A stretch of 64,000 bases of DNA from Candidatus Enterousia sp. (GCA_045546155.1 JAZQCG010000003.1:4727-68726); one strand, 5' to 3'. Numbered from the stretch's first letter, positions 9,086 to 19,148 are shown. Notes: generated by a model not told the origin, from the sequence alone. Program-made: numbers and translations.

Positions 9086-12000
9086 ATGACACGTAATTTT
9101 CATAATACTTTGGTTGGTATTTCTGTTTTGCCAGCATTGCTGGTTATGCCGGCGTTTGCCGAAACGGTCACAGAACGTGCCGTTATTTCACAAAATACAA
9201 CGTACACAAATCTGGTCGCGGAAAATATCGCATCAACCGTGGCAAATAACGGTGGCGTTTTCTATATGCAAGACGTACCAAATGTCGTATTGGATTTTGA
9301 TGGCATAACGGTCTTTCAGAATAATTCACTAAATAACGGCGGTATGGGTGGTGCAATCGGTAATGGATGGCTGTCATCTACGACCGGGTCTGGTTTTACC
9401 CAAGGGGGAAAAATTGTTTTCAACGGTGCAACAACCTTTTCCGGCAACAGCACCAATAACAACAACGGCGGTGGTGCGATATTTAACTATGGCCTGGGCA
9501 ATGCCACAAATCCAGATATTATATTCTATGATTCTGTGAATTTTGCCGGCAACAGTGTTACCGAATCTATGAATGGTGTTTATGCCGGTGGTGGTGCAAT
9601 AAATCATCGCGGTGGTATGATTGTCTTTAACAGTGATGCCACGTTCAGCGAAAACAATTCTGCATCCCAGGGTGGTGCAATTATGGCGGCGGGCGATATG
9701 ATATTTAATGGCGCGACAAATTTTGACGGAAATACCGCCGGCAAAAATGGCGGTGCATTGGCAATAATGGGTGGCAATACCACGTTTGTTGATGCGGCAA
9801 CTTTTACAAATAACTCGGCCGCTGGTGCATCTGCGATATATATCGGCGAATCCGCCGACACGGTCACATTTCGTGATACTGCATCTTTTTCGGGCAACAC
9901 GGGCGTTGGAACACTGTTGAATAATGTATCGGGTGCGACGGTTGTGTTTGATAATGGCGCGACGTTTAATTCAAACACAAATAATTTTAATGGTGCGCTG
10001 GTAAATACTGGCACGGTCACGGTCGGTGATGGTGATTTTGCATTTACAAACAACACCGGGTCTAATGGTGGTGGATTGAAAAATTCTGGCACCGTAAACG
10101 TAGACACATCCGGAAATATCCTGTTCCGTAACAACACTACATCCAGCAGTGCTGGTGCTTTGGACAATGGTGGTGCGATAATATTGGATGCATCAAACGT
10201 ATCGTTTGCAAATAATACAGCGGCGGCGGGATATGGTGGCGCAATATTTAACGCAGGTGATTTAACGATTGGCGGTGCAAATAATACTTTTTCTGGCAAC
10301 GTTGCCCAGGATACCAGTACAATAAAATCCGGCGGTGGCGCAATTCATAATCGTGGCAATACAAATGAATCTACATTGATTATTGGTACGAACGAATCAA
10401 CAAATACGTTTACATCAAATCGGTCCAGTGCATATGGCGGTGCAATTGTTTCGCGTGCGTTTGATGGGGCGGGTCAAAATTCAGACATAACGATTAACGG
10501 CACAACAACATTTGCAAATAATCAGTCCGTCTTGGATGGTGGCGCAATATGGAATTTTGTTGCACCAAGTAATGGAACAACGGGCACATCTGCAATCGTA
10601 TTTAATGGCGATACAACGTTCCAGAATAATTCAGCCGGCGGTATGGGTGGTGCAATCTACAACAACGACACCATAACATTTAATGGCGCAACAACGTTTA
10701 GCAACAATACCGCAAACGGCGCGGCAAATGACATTTATAACGATGGCACGATTAACTTTAATGGTGATGCAACATTGTCCGGTGGTATAAATGGTACAGG
10801 CACATTAAATATCGCATCGGGTACAACATTTAATATCGGCGCATCTGATTTAACCCAGGGCGCAATTAACCTGGATGGGACAATGCTGGCTACATTGCGT
10901 GCGGGCGAAAATGCGCAAATTAACGTCAGTACCGCAAATGGCTTTACCGGCGACGGCACATTGAAATTGTCATTTGATTCCGCCGGCACGTACAAGGTCT
11001 TTGGCAACGAAACATTTGCAAATGTCGATATAAGTAATCCTGTGTTCGATTTGGTTTGGAACGGTGGCGACGTAACTGCAACGACCAAGTCTGTGGATGA
11101 CATCGCATCACAAAACAATCTGACAACGGATGCGGCGCGCGTTGTGTCGGGTGCATCTGATTCCTGGGGCGCGGGGTTAAGTGAGCTGTCCGTTTTATTC
11201 CAGGAAAAATTATCGTCTGGTACGCCGGCCGATATCGCCGCGGTCGAAGATGCCGCCACCGCAATCAATCCAGAAAAAGCATCGGTCATACAATCGGTTG
11301 GTGTGGCGCATCAAAATACAATCGCATCACTGGTAACGGGGCGCATATTGGCGCCCGGCATCGGACGCGCCGGTGGGGATTCGGGGGTTGATTTTGGCGG
11401 CATCTGGGTCCAGGGGCTTTATAACAAATCAAAATTAAACGATGTGTTTAATGGCTATACACGCGGCGGTGCGGTTGGATTTGATGGCACGATTAATGAA
11501 GTCTGGACCTTGGGGGCGGGTTACATGTACGCGCATTCTGACATCAGTGCCCAAACCCGCAACACTGAAATAGACTCGTCAACAATGTTCATCTATGGTC
11601 AATATAAACCAGCCGCCTGGTATGCAAACGCGATTGTAAATTATACAATGTCTGATTACAGCGAAAATGGTAATGCCCTTGGGGTGCCAGTCAGTGCGGA
11701 TTATGACGTTGATATATTTGGCGCACGTGTTGCAACCGGATATGACTTTATTGGTGGTATAACCCCAGAAGTCGCGATGCAGTATATGCACATAAACGCA
11801 TCTGATTATACTAATTCATTGGGTGTATGGAATCATTTTGGAGATGCAGATTACTTAACCGCATCCATTGGAACAAAGTATGAATTTGGCTGGGTGTTAA
11901 ATAACGGTATTGTGATGCGTCCACAAATGCACTATGCGTTGAAATACGATTTGATATCAGACGATCATAATGTGACGGTAACGATGCCGGGCGTAAACGC

Positions 12001-12163
12001 ATACGTGTTAAATGGTGAACGCTTGTCGCGCATCGCGAACGAGGTTGGCATCGGCCTGGCGATGAATTATGCCGGATTTGAAATGTCGTTAAATTATGAC
12101 TTAGAATCACGCGCTGATTATACATCTCAAACCGGTCGCCTAAAATTCAGATATGAATTTTAA
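9086..12163 (+). CDS. Autotransporter with Chlamydia Pmp-like (GGAI/FxxN) beta-helix passenger
   Basis: Signal peptide; about 11 GGA[IL] motifs interleaved with FxxN; C-terminal ~270-aa beta-barrel ending YEF. Confidence 0.9.
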   Translation: MTRNFHNTLVGISVLPALLVMPAFAETVTERAVISQNTTYTNLVAENIASTVANNGGVFYMQDVPNVVLDFDGITVFQNNSLNNGGMGGAIGNGWLSSTTGSGFTQGGKIVFNGATTFSGNSTNNNNGGGAIFNYGLGNATNPDIIFYDSVNFAGNSVTESMNGVYAGGGAINHRGGMIVFNSDATFSENNSASQGGAIMAAGDMIFNGATNFDGNTAGKNGGALAIMGGNTTFVDAATFTNNSAAGASAIYIGESADTVTFRDTASFSGNTGVGTLLNNVSGATVVFDNGATFNSNTNNFNGALVNTGTVTVGDGDFAFTNNTGSNGGGLKNSGTVNVDTSGNILFRNNTTSSSAGALDNGGAIILDASNVSFANNTAAAGYGGAIFNAGDLTIGGANNTFSGNVAQDTSTIKSGGGAIHNRGNTNESTLIIGTNESTNTFTSNRSSAYGGAIVSRAFDGAGQNSDITINGTTTFANNQSVLDGGAIWNFVAPSNGTTGTSAIVFNGDTTFQNNSAGGMGGAIYNNDTITFNGATTFSNNTANGAANDIYNDGTINFNGDATLSGGINGTGTLNIASGTTFNIGASDLTQGAINLDGTMLATLRAGENAQINVSTANGFTGDGTLKLSFDSAGTYKVFGNETFANVDISNPVFDLVWNGGDVTATTKSVDDIASQNNLTTDAARVVSGASDSWGAGLSELSVLFQEKLSSGTPADIAAVEDAATAINPEKASVIQSVGVAHQNTIASLVTGRILAPGIGRAGGDSGVDFGGIWVQGLYNKSKLNDVFNGYTRGGAVGFDGTINEVWTLGAGYMYAHSDISAQTRNTEIDSSTMFIYGQYKPAAWYANAIVNYTMSDYSENGNALGVPVSADYDVDIFGARVATGYDFIGGITPEVAMQYMHINASDYTNSLGVWNHFGDADYLTASIGTKYEFGWVLNNGIVMRPQMHYALKYDLISDDHNVTVTMPGVNAYVLNGERLSRIANEVGIGLAMNYAGFEMSLNYDLESRADYTSQTGRLKFRYEF

Positions 12164-12165
12164 GA

Positions 12166-12200
12166 AAAAATCGCTAAATAAAAACGCCCCAATTGGGGCG
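12166..12200 (+). repeat. 35-bp direct repeat copy 1 (includes terminator)
   Basis: AAAAATCGCTAAATAAAAACGCCCCAATTGGGGCG; 33/35 identical to 12671-12705. Confidence 0.85.
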
Positions 12201-12304
12201 TTTTTTTGTGAACAAGGATAAAGATAAACTAAAAACATGTTGACAAAATAAAATAATTGTCGTAATATAGGGCTGTATAGTTAAAACCGAAAAGGATTAA
12301 AATA

Positions 12305-12682
12305 ATGAAAAACACAAAGTATTATGGTTTGATTGTTGCGACACTGTTAATGGCTGCGGGGTGCAAGCGTGTTCATCATCCTGTTGACAAGATTGTTTAC
12401 ACAACTGTATCTGGTTGGCATAAAACCAACGGTGTCCAGGATGCTGTAACGTTGAATCTGGAAAACGAACAGGAATTGTTATTGCATAAACGTGCTGCGT
12501 TTTCCGACAGAATAGATAAATCGTTACCAGAATACGAAGTTGGCGATACGGTATGGGTTCTGTACGATGAACGTGCCAAACATTATGGTGAAATGTTTTC
12601 GTCAAATGTCATGGAAACGACGGAACAGCAACGCCAGTATTTGCGTGAACAGCAACGTGGTATTTATGGGAAAAATCGCTAA
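12305..12682 (+). CDS. Hypothetical lipoprotein
   Basis: Lipobox-like LLMAAGC; AAGGA RBS; TTGACA-17-TAATAT promoter at 12240-12268. Confidence 0.8.
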   Translation: MKNTKYYGLIVATLLMAAGCKRVHHPVDKIVYTTVSGWHKTNGVQDAVTLNLENEQELLLHKRAAFSDRIDKSLPEYEVGDTVWVLYDERAKHYGEMFSSNVMETTEQQRQYLREQQRGIYGKNR

Positions 12683-12705
12683 ATAAAATCGCCCCAATCG
12701 GGGCG
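12671..12705 (+). repeat. 35-bp direct repeat copy 2 (gene end plus terminator)
   Basis: AAAAATCGCTAAATAAAATCGCCCCAATCGGGGCG. Confidence 0.85.
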
Positions 12706-12711
12706 ATTTGC

Positions 12712-13176
12712 TTAGTTTACATCCCCCATTACAATTGTTTCTTTTATATTTGCGATATTTTTTAGGTGTGGAATTATGGCGCGTGGCATAAAGTTAACCG
12801 ATTCCAGTTCATCCAGTGCAACCCACATTATTTGTTGGTCGTCACTGTCGGGCTCGATACCGCATCCCATACCGGAAAAATCCATAACATCGCATTCAAA
12901 CATTAGTTCAGCCTGATGAAAGTTATCATCATCAATGTCTGTGTCGTGATTTTTTGCGATATAGTCCCGCACTAAAACCAAACGTCGTGGGATAATGTCC
13001 AAGCATAATTCTTCGCGACATTCGCGCTTTAATGCTTGTTCCATTGTTTCGCCCCATTTGTGTCCGCCGCCCGGCAGTTTTGCAAACCGTCCCCGGCCAT
13101 AATCGCAGCTTTCGACCAATATTTTTCCGTCCTTTATAATAATAGCTTTCATCGAGTATCGAAAAATGTTTTGCAT
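12712..13176 (-). CDS. NUDIX hydrolase
   Basis: Nudix box LPGGGHKWGETMEQALKRECREEL; GGAGG RBS before ATG 13176. Confidence 0.9.
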   Translation of the reverse strand: MQNIFRYSMKAIIIKDGKILVESCDYGRGRFAKLPGGGHKWGETMEQALKRECREELCLDIIPRRLVLVRDYIAKNHDTDIDDDNFHQAELMFECDVMDFSGMGCGIEPDSDDQQIMWVALDELESVNFMPRAIIPHLKNIANIKETIVMGDVN

Positions 13177-13293
13177 GTTTGTGCCTCCTTTGGTTGTTGT
13201 GTTATGGGTTAAAAAAAACACCCATAACTATGGGTGTTTTATCTGGGTTATGGTTTTGATATAAATTTTATGTTTTTGCATATCTGTCACCAA

Positions 13294-13317
13294 TTTTTGA
13301 ATTTGGTTGGGGCGCAC
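13294..13317 (-). repeat. Duplicated 3' end of tRNA-Gln (att-like)
   Basis: TTTTTGAATTTGGTTGGGGCGCAC identical to 13476-13499. Confidence 0.8.
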
Positions 13318-13485
13318 ACAGGGGTGTGGGGATGATCCCCGCTAGTGTTTTGGGAAAGTATCATATTTTCCAAAACACGTACAAAACATTAATAATGTTT
13401 TGCGGTACAAACAAATCAAACTGTTTGTACAATCCGTGACGCATACCAAATTGAAAAACATCCCGTATGGGGTTGTTTTTGAATT

Positions 13486-13559
13486 TGGTTGGGGCGCACG
13501 GATTCGAACCATGATAAAGAGAACCAAAATCTCTTGTCCTACCATTAGACGACACCCCA
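13486..13559 (-). tRNA. trnQ: tRNA-Gln(TTG)
   Basis: Cloverleaf TGGGGTG...AGAGA-TTTTGGT-TCTCT...GGTTCGAATCC...CGCCCCAACCA. Confidence 0.97.
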
Positions 13560-13707
13560 ATAGCGACTTAAATTATATATATCTTTATGCTTTTTGCAAG
13601 TAAATAAAATTTTTTTGAAAAAAGTACTTGAAATAAATTTGTTAAAATATATAATAATTAAGGTTTTTAATGAATCAGATCTCAAAAACATTATAAAGGA
13701 AAATAAA

Positions 13708-14151
13708 ATGTCGCGCAAGGAATTTGTTCGTCTTATGGAATCAAATATTTGGATGCTTGATAAATACGCAGATAAACTGCGCATTGACCAGGCTCAATTA
13801 TCTGGTTTTCCGCGTCAACAGATGTCTATTTTGGTTCGCCTGCACCAGGGTGGGCGTGCAATGTTAAAGGATATTGCACGTCGTGAATTTGTATCAACGC
13901 CGAATCTGTGTGCGGTTTTCAGAAAACTGGAATCAGACGGTTTGGTTTTGCGTGTTGTTGATGAAAACGATCGTCGCAATACTTGGTATTCTGTGACAGA
14001 ACGTGGCGCAGAATTGGCACAGAACGCACTGGAAACATTTCGTAATGGTGTTGAAAAAATGTTTTCATCGCTTTCTCGCGAAGAAGAAGCAGAACTTACC
14101 GCAGCATTAAAGGTGATGAATAAAATTATATCAAATATGGAGCAGAAGTAA
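13708..14151 (+). CDS. MarR family transcriptional regulator
   Basis: Winged HTH with KLESDGLVLR..DENDRR motif; first gene of the efflux operon. Confidence 0.9.
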   Translation: MSRKEFVRLMESNIWMLDKYADKLRIDQAQLSGFPRQQMSILVRLHQGGRAMLKDIARREFVSTPNLCAVFRKLESDGLVLRVVDENDRRNTWYSVTERGAELAQNALETFRNGVEKMFSSLSREEEAELTAALKVMNKIISNMEQK

Positions 14152-14152
14152 T

Positions 14153-15484
14153 ATGCATAAAAAAAGTCTGGTATCGTTGTTGTTTGCGGCGATTGCATCG
14201 GTTTGTGCAATGCCGTCTTTTGCATTAGATTTGTCTTTGTCTGATGCGGTTGAACGCGTATCGCGCGAATCGAACGATTTGAAAAAAGCGGCTGCAAATG
14301 TTGAAAAAGCTCAATCTCAGTTGGATGCAGTTAACGCGAATCGTTGGTTTAAAATTGATGGTACGGCATCATATATGAACACGGTAAATGTCGAAGATCC
14401 ATCTAAGCCATATATGATTGAAATTCCGGGCGCATTACTGGGTGAAATCAATGAAAAATTCAAAGATGGCATCGCGTTTGAAATGCCAGACAATATGTTC
14501 ACCGCCAGTGTGAATATCACACAACCGATTTATACGTTTGGTAAAATTGGTAATTCTGTTCGTAGTGTAAAATCTGCGATTAAAATGGCGGATGCTTCGC
14601 ATGAGCTAACCCGTCGCGAGGTTTCATACGCCGCAGCTAATTTATATTGGACTGCAAAAATGACAGATGAAATTGTAAAGCTGTCTGAATCAGATTTGAA
14701 AAATGCGCGTGCCGCGCGCAAGCGTTTGACAGCCGCCGGTCGTGCAAATCGTAGTAATCTGGTAAAAATTGAATCTGATATTGCATCCAAAGAAATCAAT
14801 TTATCTGATGCTAAATTCAACCGCGATACTGCGCACAGAATGTTGAAAATTATGGCGGGTATTGATTTGGATACAGAATTGGTTTTGACGGATTCTTTCC
14901 CAACAAGTTTTGGCGAATTAAGTGCGCCTGCAAAACTTGAAAATACCCCCGAATGGGATATTTTATCAGAACAGGTTAACATGTACGAACGCATGGCGCG
15001 TGCCCAGCGTGCGAACGGATATCCAACCTTGGCGGCAACGGCCAGCTACAGTTATTACAGCATGGGAACGGAAATAGACGGCATGTTCGATGCTAAGGGG
15101 TCGCAATCTGCAAATGTTGGACTTGCGTTACAAGTACCGATTTTCAGTGGTGGCTTAAACCGTGCAAATGCAACGATTGAAGCGATGAATGCAGTCGCCG
15201 CGCGTGAAGATTTGGAAAAATCCAAAAAATTAACATCTGAAAAATATGATAATGCGATTAAGCAATACAACCATTTGCGTGGCAATTTATCCAAATTGCA
15301 AGAGGCACGCGACTTGGCCGCCAAAGCATATCAGTTTTCCCAGGATCGTTTTGGTGCGGGACAAACGTCTGCAGTTGAACTGGCCGATGTTGCGGCGGGC
15401 TTGTATCAACTGGATATGGCATTGCTGAATATGAAATATAATATTTTAATGTCTGAACAATCTGTAAAAAAATTAGGTGAATAA
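14153..15484 (+). CDS. TolC family outer membrane efflux protein
   Basis: Signal peptide; two OEP repeats (QPIYTFG, VPIFSGG); RFGAGQTSAVEL. Confidence 0.92.
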   Translation: MHKKSLVSLLFAAIASVCAMPSFALDLSLSDAVERVSRESNDLKKAAANVEKAQSQLDAVNANRWFKIDGTASYMNTVNVEDPSKPYMIEIPGALLGEINEKFKDGIAFEMPDNMFTASVNITQPIYTFGKIGNSVRSVKSAIKMADASHELTRREVSYAAANLYWTAKMTDEIVKLSESDLKNARAARKRLTAAGRANRSNLVKIESDIASKEINLSDAKFNRDTAHRMLKIMAGIDLDTELVLTDSFPTSFGELSAPAKLENTPEWDILSEQVNMYERMARAQRANGYPTLAATASYSYYSMGTEIDGMFDAKGSQSANVGLALQVPIFSGGLNRANATIEAMNAVAAREDLEKSKKLTSEKYDNAIKQYNHLRGNLSKLQEARDLAAKAYQFSQDRFGAGQTSAVELADVAAGLYQLDMALLNMKYNILMSEQSVKKLGE

Positions 15485-15486
15485 AA

Positions 15487-16089
15487 ATGGAAAAAATAGC
15501 AGAAAACTTAAAAACTAAAAAAATGAAACAATTCTTTGCAATTCTGACGATTGCGATTTTGATTGGTTGGGTTGTATTTCGTTTTGCAGCGGTCGCATCT
15601 GAAAATTCGCGTCATGTGTTTAATGCGGCACGCGTTGCCATTGACCAAGGAATGCCAATCGAAGCCATTACTGTGTCACGTACAGATGGCGTATTGCGTG
15701 AACCGATTGCGGTGAAAAATAATCGCGCATTGGTCTCGGGGGCACGTGTTATAAAATTACGCGCCGGTCAAAAGATTGGTAATGGAACAATTACATCTGT
15801 ATCGCACAAGATTGACTATGATACCGGTATGCATGTTGTTCGTACATCTGGGGTGGCCGACGGATTACAATTTGCAGAAATTTCCGGCAATGGTTTTTAT
15901 TTGCCTGTTTCTGCGATTGAAAATAATACTGTTATGGTTGTCGAAGATGGCATTGCAACTGTACGTAATGTTGTTATCAATGCCCAAGATGCAAACATGG
16001 CACAAATTACATCTGGGTTAAATGATGGGGAACGCGTGATTTTATCACGTGTCCAAGACGGTACAAAGGTCAAAGTAATCAAAAAATAG
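15487..16089 (+). CDS. Short periplasmic adaptor (membrane fusion protein-like)
   Basis: N-terminal TM; C-terminal LPVSAI...SGLNDGERVI typical of RND MFPs; only 200 aa. Confidence 0.7.
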   Translation: MEKIAENLKTKKMKQFFAILTIAILIGWVVFRFAAVASENSRHVFNAARVAIDQGMPIEAITVSRTDGVLREPIAVKNNRALVSGARVIKLRAGQKIGNGTITSVSHKIDYDTGMHVVRTSGVADGLQFAEISGNGFYLPVSAIENNTVMVVEDGIATVRNVVINAQDANMAQITSGLNDGERVILSRVQDGTKVKVIKK

Positions 16090-16115
16090 TAAGTTAATAT
16101 ATAGGGGATTTGGAT

Positions 16116-19100
16116 ATGTTAAAATTTTTCGTACGTCGACCAGTTACAACATTAATGTTTGTTTTGTTCTGGGTGGTGTTGGGTTTTGTTTCATTTCCCA
16201 AAATGAACGTTGAACGCACACCGGCAATTGATTTTCCAATTGTAACATCAACATTTATTTATCCTGGGGCTGCGCCTGCTGAAATGGAATCCCAGATTTT
16301 AAAGCGCGCCGAAGATGCTATTTCCGAAGTATCTGAATTAAAATCATTAACATCATATGGTTATGAAAACAGCGGTATGGTTTTAGCGGAATTCCATCTG
16401 GGGGTAAACGTTAATGACAAGGCTTCTGAAATCAAAACAAAACTAGATGCATTGCTGTCTGAATTCCCCACAGACATGGAACAGCCTGTTGTTGAAAAAT
16501 TAAACCCATTGCAAGAAGCGGTTGTTGATATTGTGTTGCGTGGTGCGGATGCACGTGACCTAGAAGAATATGTTGATAACACTTTGTCTAATAAAATCAC
16601 AGGATTGCCTGGGGTTGCATCTGTATCGATTTTTGGCGGTACGGAACGCGCAATTCGTATCGCAATGAATCCAGATTTAATGGCGGCGCGCGGTGTAACG
16701 GTTATGGATGTTGTGGCGGCGCTGGGGAATCGCAACTTGAACGTGCCGGGTGGAAAAATTGAAACCACGACCAGTTCATCGACCGTACGTTTTGTTGGCG
16801 AATTTGCGTCTGTATCTGAAATTGAAAACCTGCGTCTGACCACGGTCGAAGGGCACAATTTCAAATTATCTGATATTGCGACTGTAACAGATGCTGCGCG
16901 TGAAATTGAAACGGGTGCACGTTATAACGGCGAAGATGTTGTAATTGCATCTGTGGTTAAGGCATCTGATGGTAACGCAATCAAAATTTCACAGCAGCTG
17001 CATAAACACATGCCCGCATACCAGGCTGATTTAAAAGCACACTTGCCAAATGCTGAAATGGAAATTGTTTATGACTCGTCAATATCTGTATCTGATGCAA
17101 CAAACGATACAATTAATTCAATTGTGCTGGGGGTTGTTTTAACAGTGTTGGTATTGTTGGCATTTACGCGTAACTGGCGCTCAACAGTTATTGCAGGTGT
17201 TGTTATTCCTGCATCCTTGATTGCTGGCTTCTTCTTTATGGAAGGGTCTGGTTTTACAGTCAATGGATTAACATTATTGGCGTATTCAACAGCATTGGGT
17301 ACATTGGTATCAAACGCAATTATTTTGATTGAAGCAGCATTGACCGAAATGTATGCCGGTAAAACACCCGAAGATGCTGCGATTGACGGTACGAAAAAGG
17401 TTGCTGTTTCCGTTCTTGCCGGTGTTGGAACAAACGTTGTTGTGTTCTTGCCATTGGCATTTATGAGTGGTATTGCAGGTCTGTTTATGAACCAGTTCGG
17501 TATGACGGTTGTGTATTTGACGGTACTGTCATTGATGTTCTCGTTCACATTAACACCAATGATGATTGCAAAATTCTTGCGTTTGACAGGCAAAAGAAAG
17601 CCTGCAAAAAAATCAGAACCTAAAAAAGTTGCTCAGTCTAATAGTAATTCAGGCCTTCGCAAATGGTACGATTTTCAGCATAAAAATCCAGGCAAGGTAT
17701 TATTATTAGCAATTGCGGTGTTTATCGGTTCAACGATGTTGATGAAGTTTGTTGGTAATGAGTTTTCACCATCAACCGATGCTGACGAAATCACGGTTAC
17801 TGCCCGTGCACCAATGGGTGCAACGTATGAGAAATCTGCCGCGATTGCAGAAAAATTGGAATCGCGCTTGCACGAATTTGAAGAAGTCAAATCAACCTCT
17901 GTCAAAATTGGTGAACGTGGGCTTCAAAATATCTCGGTCAAGGTTGAATTAGTAGATGCCGACGATCGTGCTTTATCTGACAAAGAATTGGCCCAGGCAA
18001 TGTTGCCAACGTTGGCGGATATCCCTGATGCAGAAATTCAGATTCGTGCGGGTCAATCTACATCCGCTGGTGTTTCATCTGATTTGGTGTTAAATGTTTT
18101 TGGCCCAGATGACACTAAGCGCGAAGCGTACGCCGCACAAATCATTGACATGGTAAACCAAATACCCGAAGTTCAATCGGCTGTGCGTGCACAACAAACG
18201 CCCGCAAACGAATTTAGATTCGTCCCAGACGAAGATAAAATGAATTTCTGGGGTGTGCAAAATGCGTATGCTGGAACAACATTGCGTACAGCACTGTTTG
18301 GAAATGATACGTATAAATACAAAGAAGACGGCGAAGAATACCCAATCGTCTTAGAATTTGATGATGCGTTTAAAACATCTGCTTTGTTTGAAAATGTATA
18401 CGTCAATTCACAAAAAGGTATGGTTCCGTTATCTGAACTGGGACGCGTGGAAAGTACTGCGGCAACCCCTGATATTCGTCGCAAATCTAAAAATCGTTTA
18501 ACAGAAATCGATATTAACATTGGTAAATCAACAATGGGCCCAGTTCAGGCTAAAATTCAGTCTGGTCTGAATAAAATCGCATGGGATGATGGCTATTATG
18601 CTAAATTTGGCGGTATGTCAGAAATTCAGGGTGATACCGCATCTGAAATCGGAACAGCCTTCTTGTTGGCAACGGTGTTAACATTTATGTTGCTGGCGGC
18701 GATTTTGAATTCATTGGTGCATCCATTTACGATTGCGACATCGATTCTAACCAGTTTTACAGGTGTGTTTGTCCTGATGTTCTTGTCTGGGGCGACAATG
18801 AATATTGGTGCGATGTTGGCATTTGTTATGTTGGTCGGATTGGTGGTTAATAATAATATTCTGGTACTTGAACCAACAATCAATCGCGTTGCAAATGGTG
18901 AAAAACCGTACGAAGCATTGTGGTCTGAATTGCTGGATAAAAAGAACATGGTTCTTATGACGTCTATTGCGGTTATGGCGGGTATGGTGCCGCAATTGTG
19001 GTCTGGCGACGGGATGAAGGTTGCCATGGGTGCGGTTATGATTGGTGGTATGCTGGCCAGTCTGATATTCACATTTACCCTGACACCGGCGATATATTTC

Positions 19101-19148
19101 CTGATGGAAAAAATGCGCAATTGGAAACCGCGTTTTCGCAAATATTAA
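16116..19148 (+). CDS. RND efflux permease (AcrB/AcrD/AcrF family)
   Basis: FFVRRPV N-terminus; YPGAAPAEME; NLNVPGG; 12-TM pattern; about 1010 aa. Confidence 0.93.
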   Translation: MLKFFVRRPVTTLMFVLFWVVLGFVSFPKMNVERTPAIDFPIVTSTFIYPGAAPAEMESQILKRAEDAISEVSELKSLTSYGYENSGMVLAEFHLGVNVNDKASEIKTKLDALLSEFPTDMEQPVVEKLNPLQEAVVDIVLRGADARDLEEYVDNTLSNKITGLPGVASVSIFGGTERAIRIAMNPDLMAARGVTVMDVVAALGNRNLNVPGGKIETTTSSSTVRFVGEFASVSEIENLRLTTVEGHNFKLSDIATVTDAAREIETGARYNGEDVVIASVVKASDGNAIKISQQLHKHMPAYQADLKAHLPNAEMEIVYDSSISVSDATNDTINSIVLGVVLTVLVLLAFTRNWRSTVIAGVVIPASLIAGFFFMEGSGFTVNGLTLLAYSTALGTLVSNAIILIEAALTEMYAGKTPEDAAIDGTKKVAVSVLAGVGTNVVVFLPLAFMSGIAGLFMNQFGMTVVYLTVLSLMFSFTLTPMMIAKFLRLTGKRKPAKKSEPKKVAQSNSNSGLRKWYDFQHKNPGKVLLLAIAVFIGSTMLMKFVGNEFSPSTDADEITVTARAPMGATYEKSAAIAEKLESRLHEFEEVKSTSVKIGERGLQNISVKVELVDADDRALSDKELAQAMLPTLADIPDAEIQIRAGQSTSAGVSSDLVLNVFGPDDTKREAYAAQIIDMVNQIPEVQSAVRAQQTPANEFRFVPDEDKMNFWGVQNAYAGTTLRTALFGNDTYKYKEDGEEYPIVLEFDDAFKTSALFENVYVNSQKGMVPLSELGRVESTAATPDIRRKSKNRLTEIDINIGKSTMGPVQAKIQSGLNKIAWDDGYYAKFGGMSEIQGDTASEIGTAFLLATVLTFMLLAAILNSLVHPFTIATSILTSFTGVFVLMFLSGATMNIGAMLAFVMLVGLVVNNNILVLEPTINRVANGEKPYEALWSELLDKKNMVLMTSIAVMAGMVPQLWSGDGMKVAMGAVMIGGMLASLIFTFTLTPAIYFLMEKMRNWKPRFRKY

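Noticed and set aside
13342-13603. Short ORFs across tRNA-Gln
   Set aside because: Overlap a clear tRNA gene; no RBS or motifs
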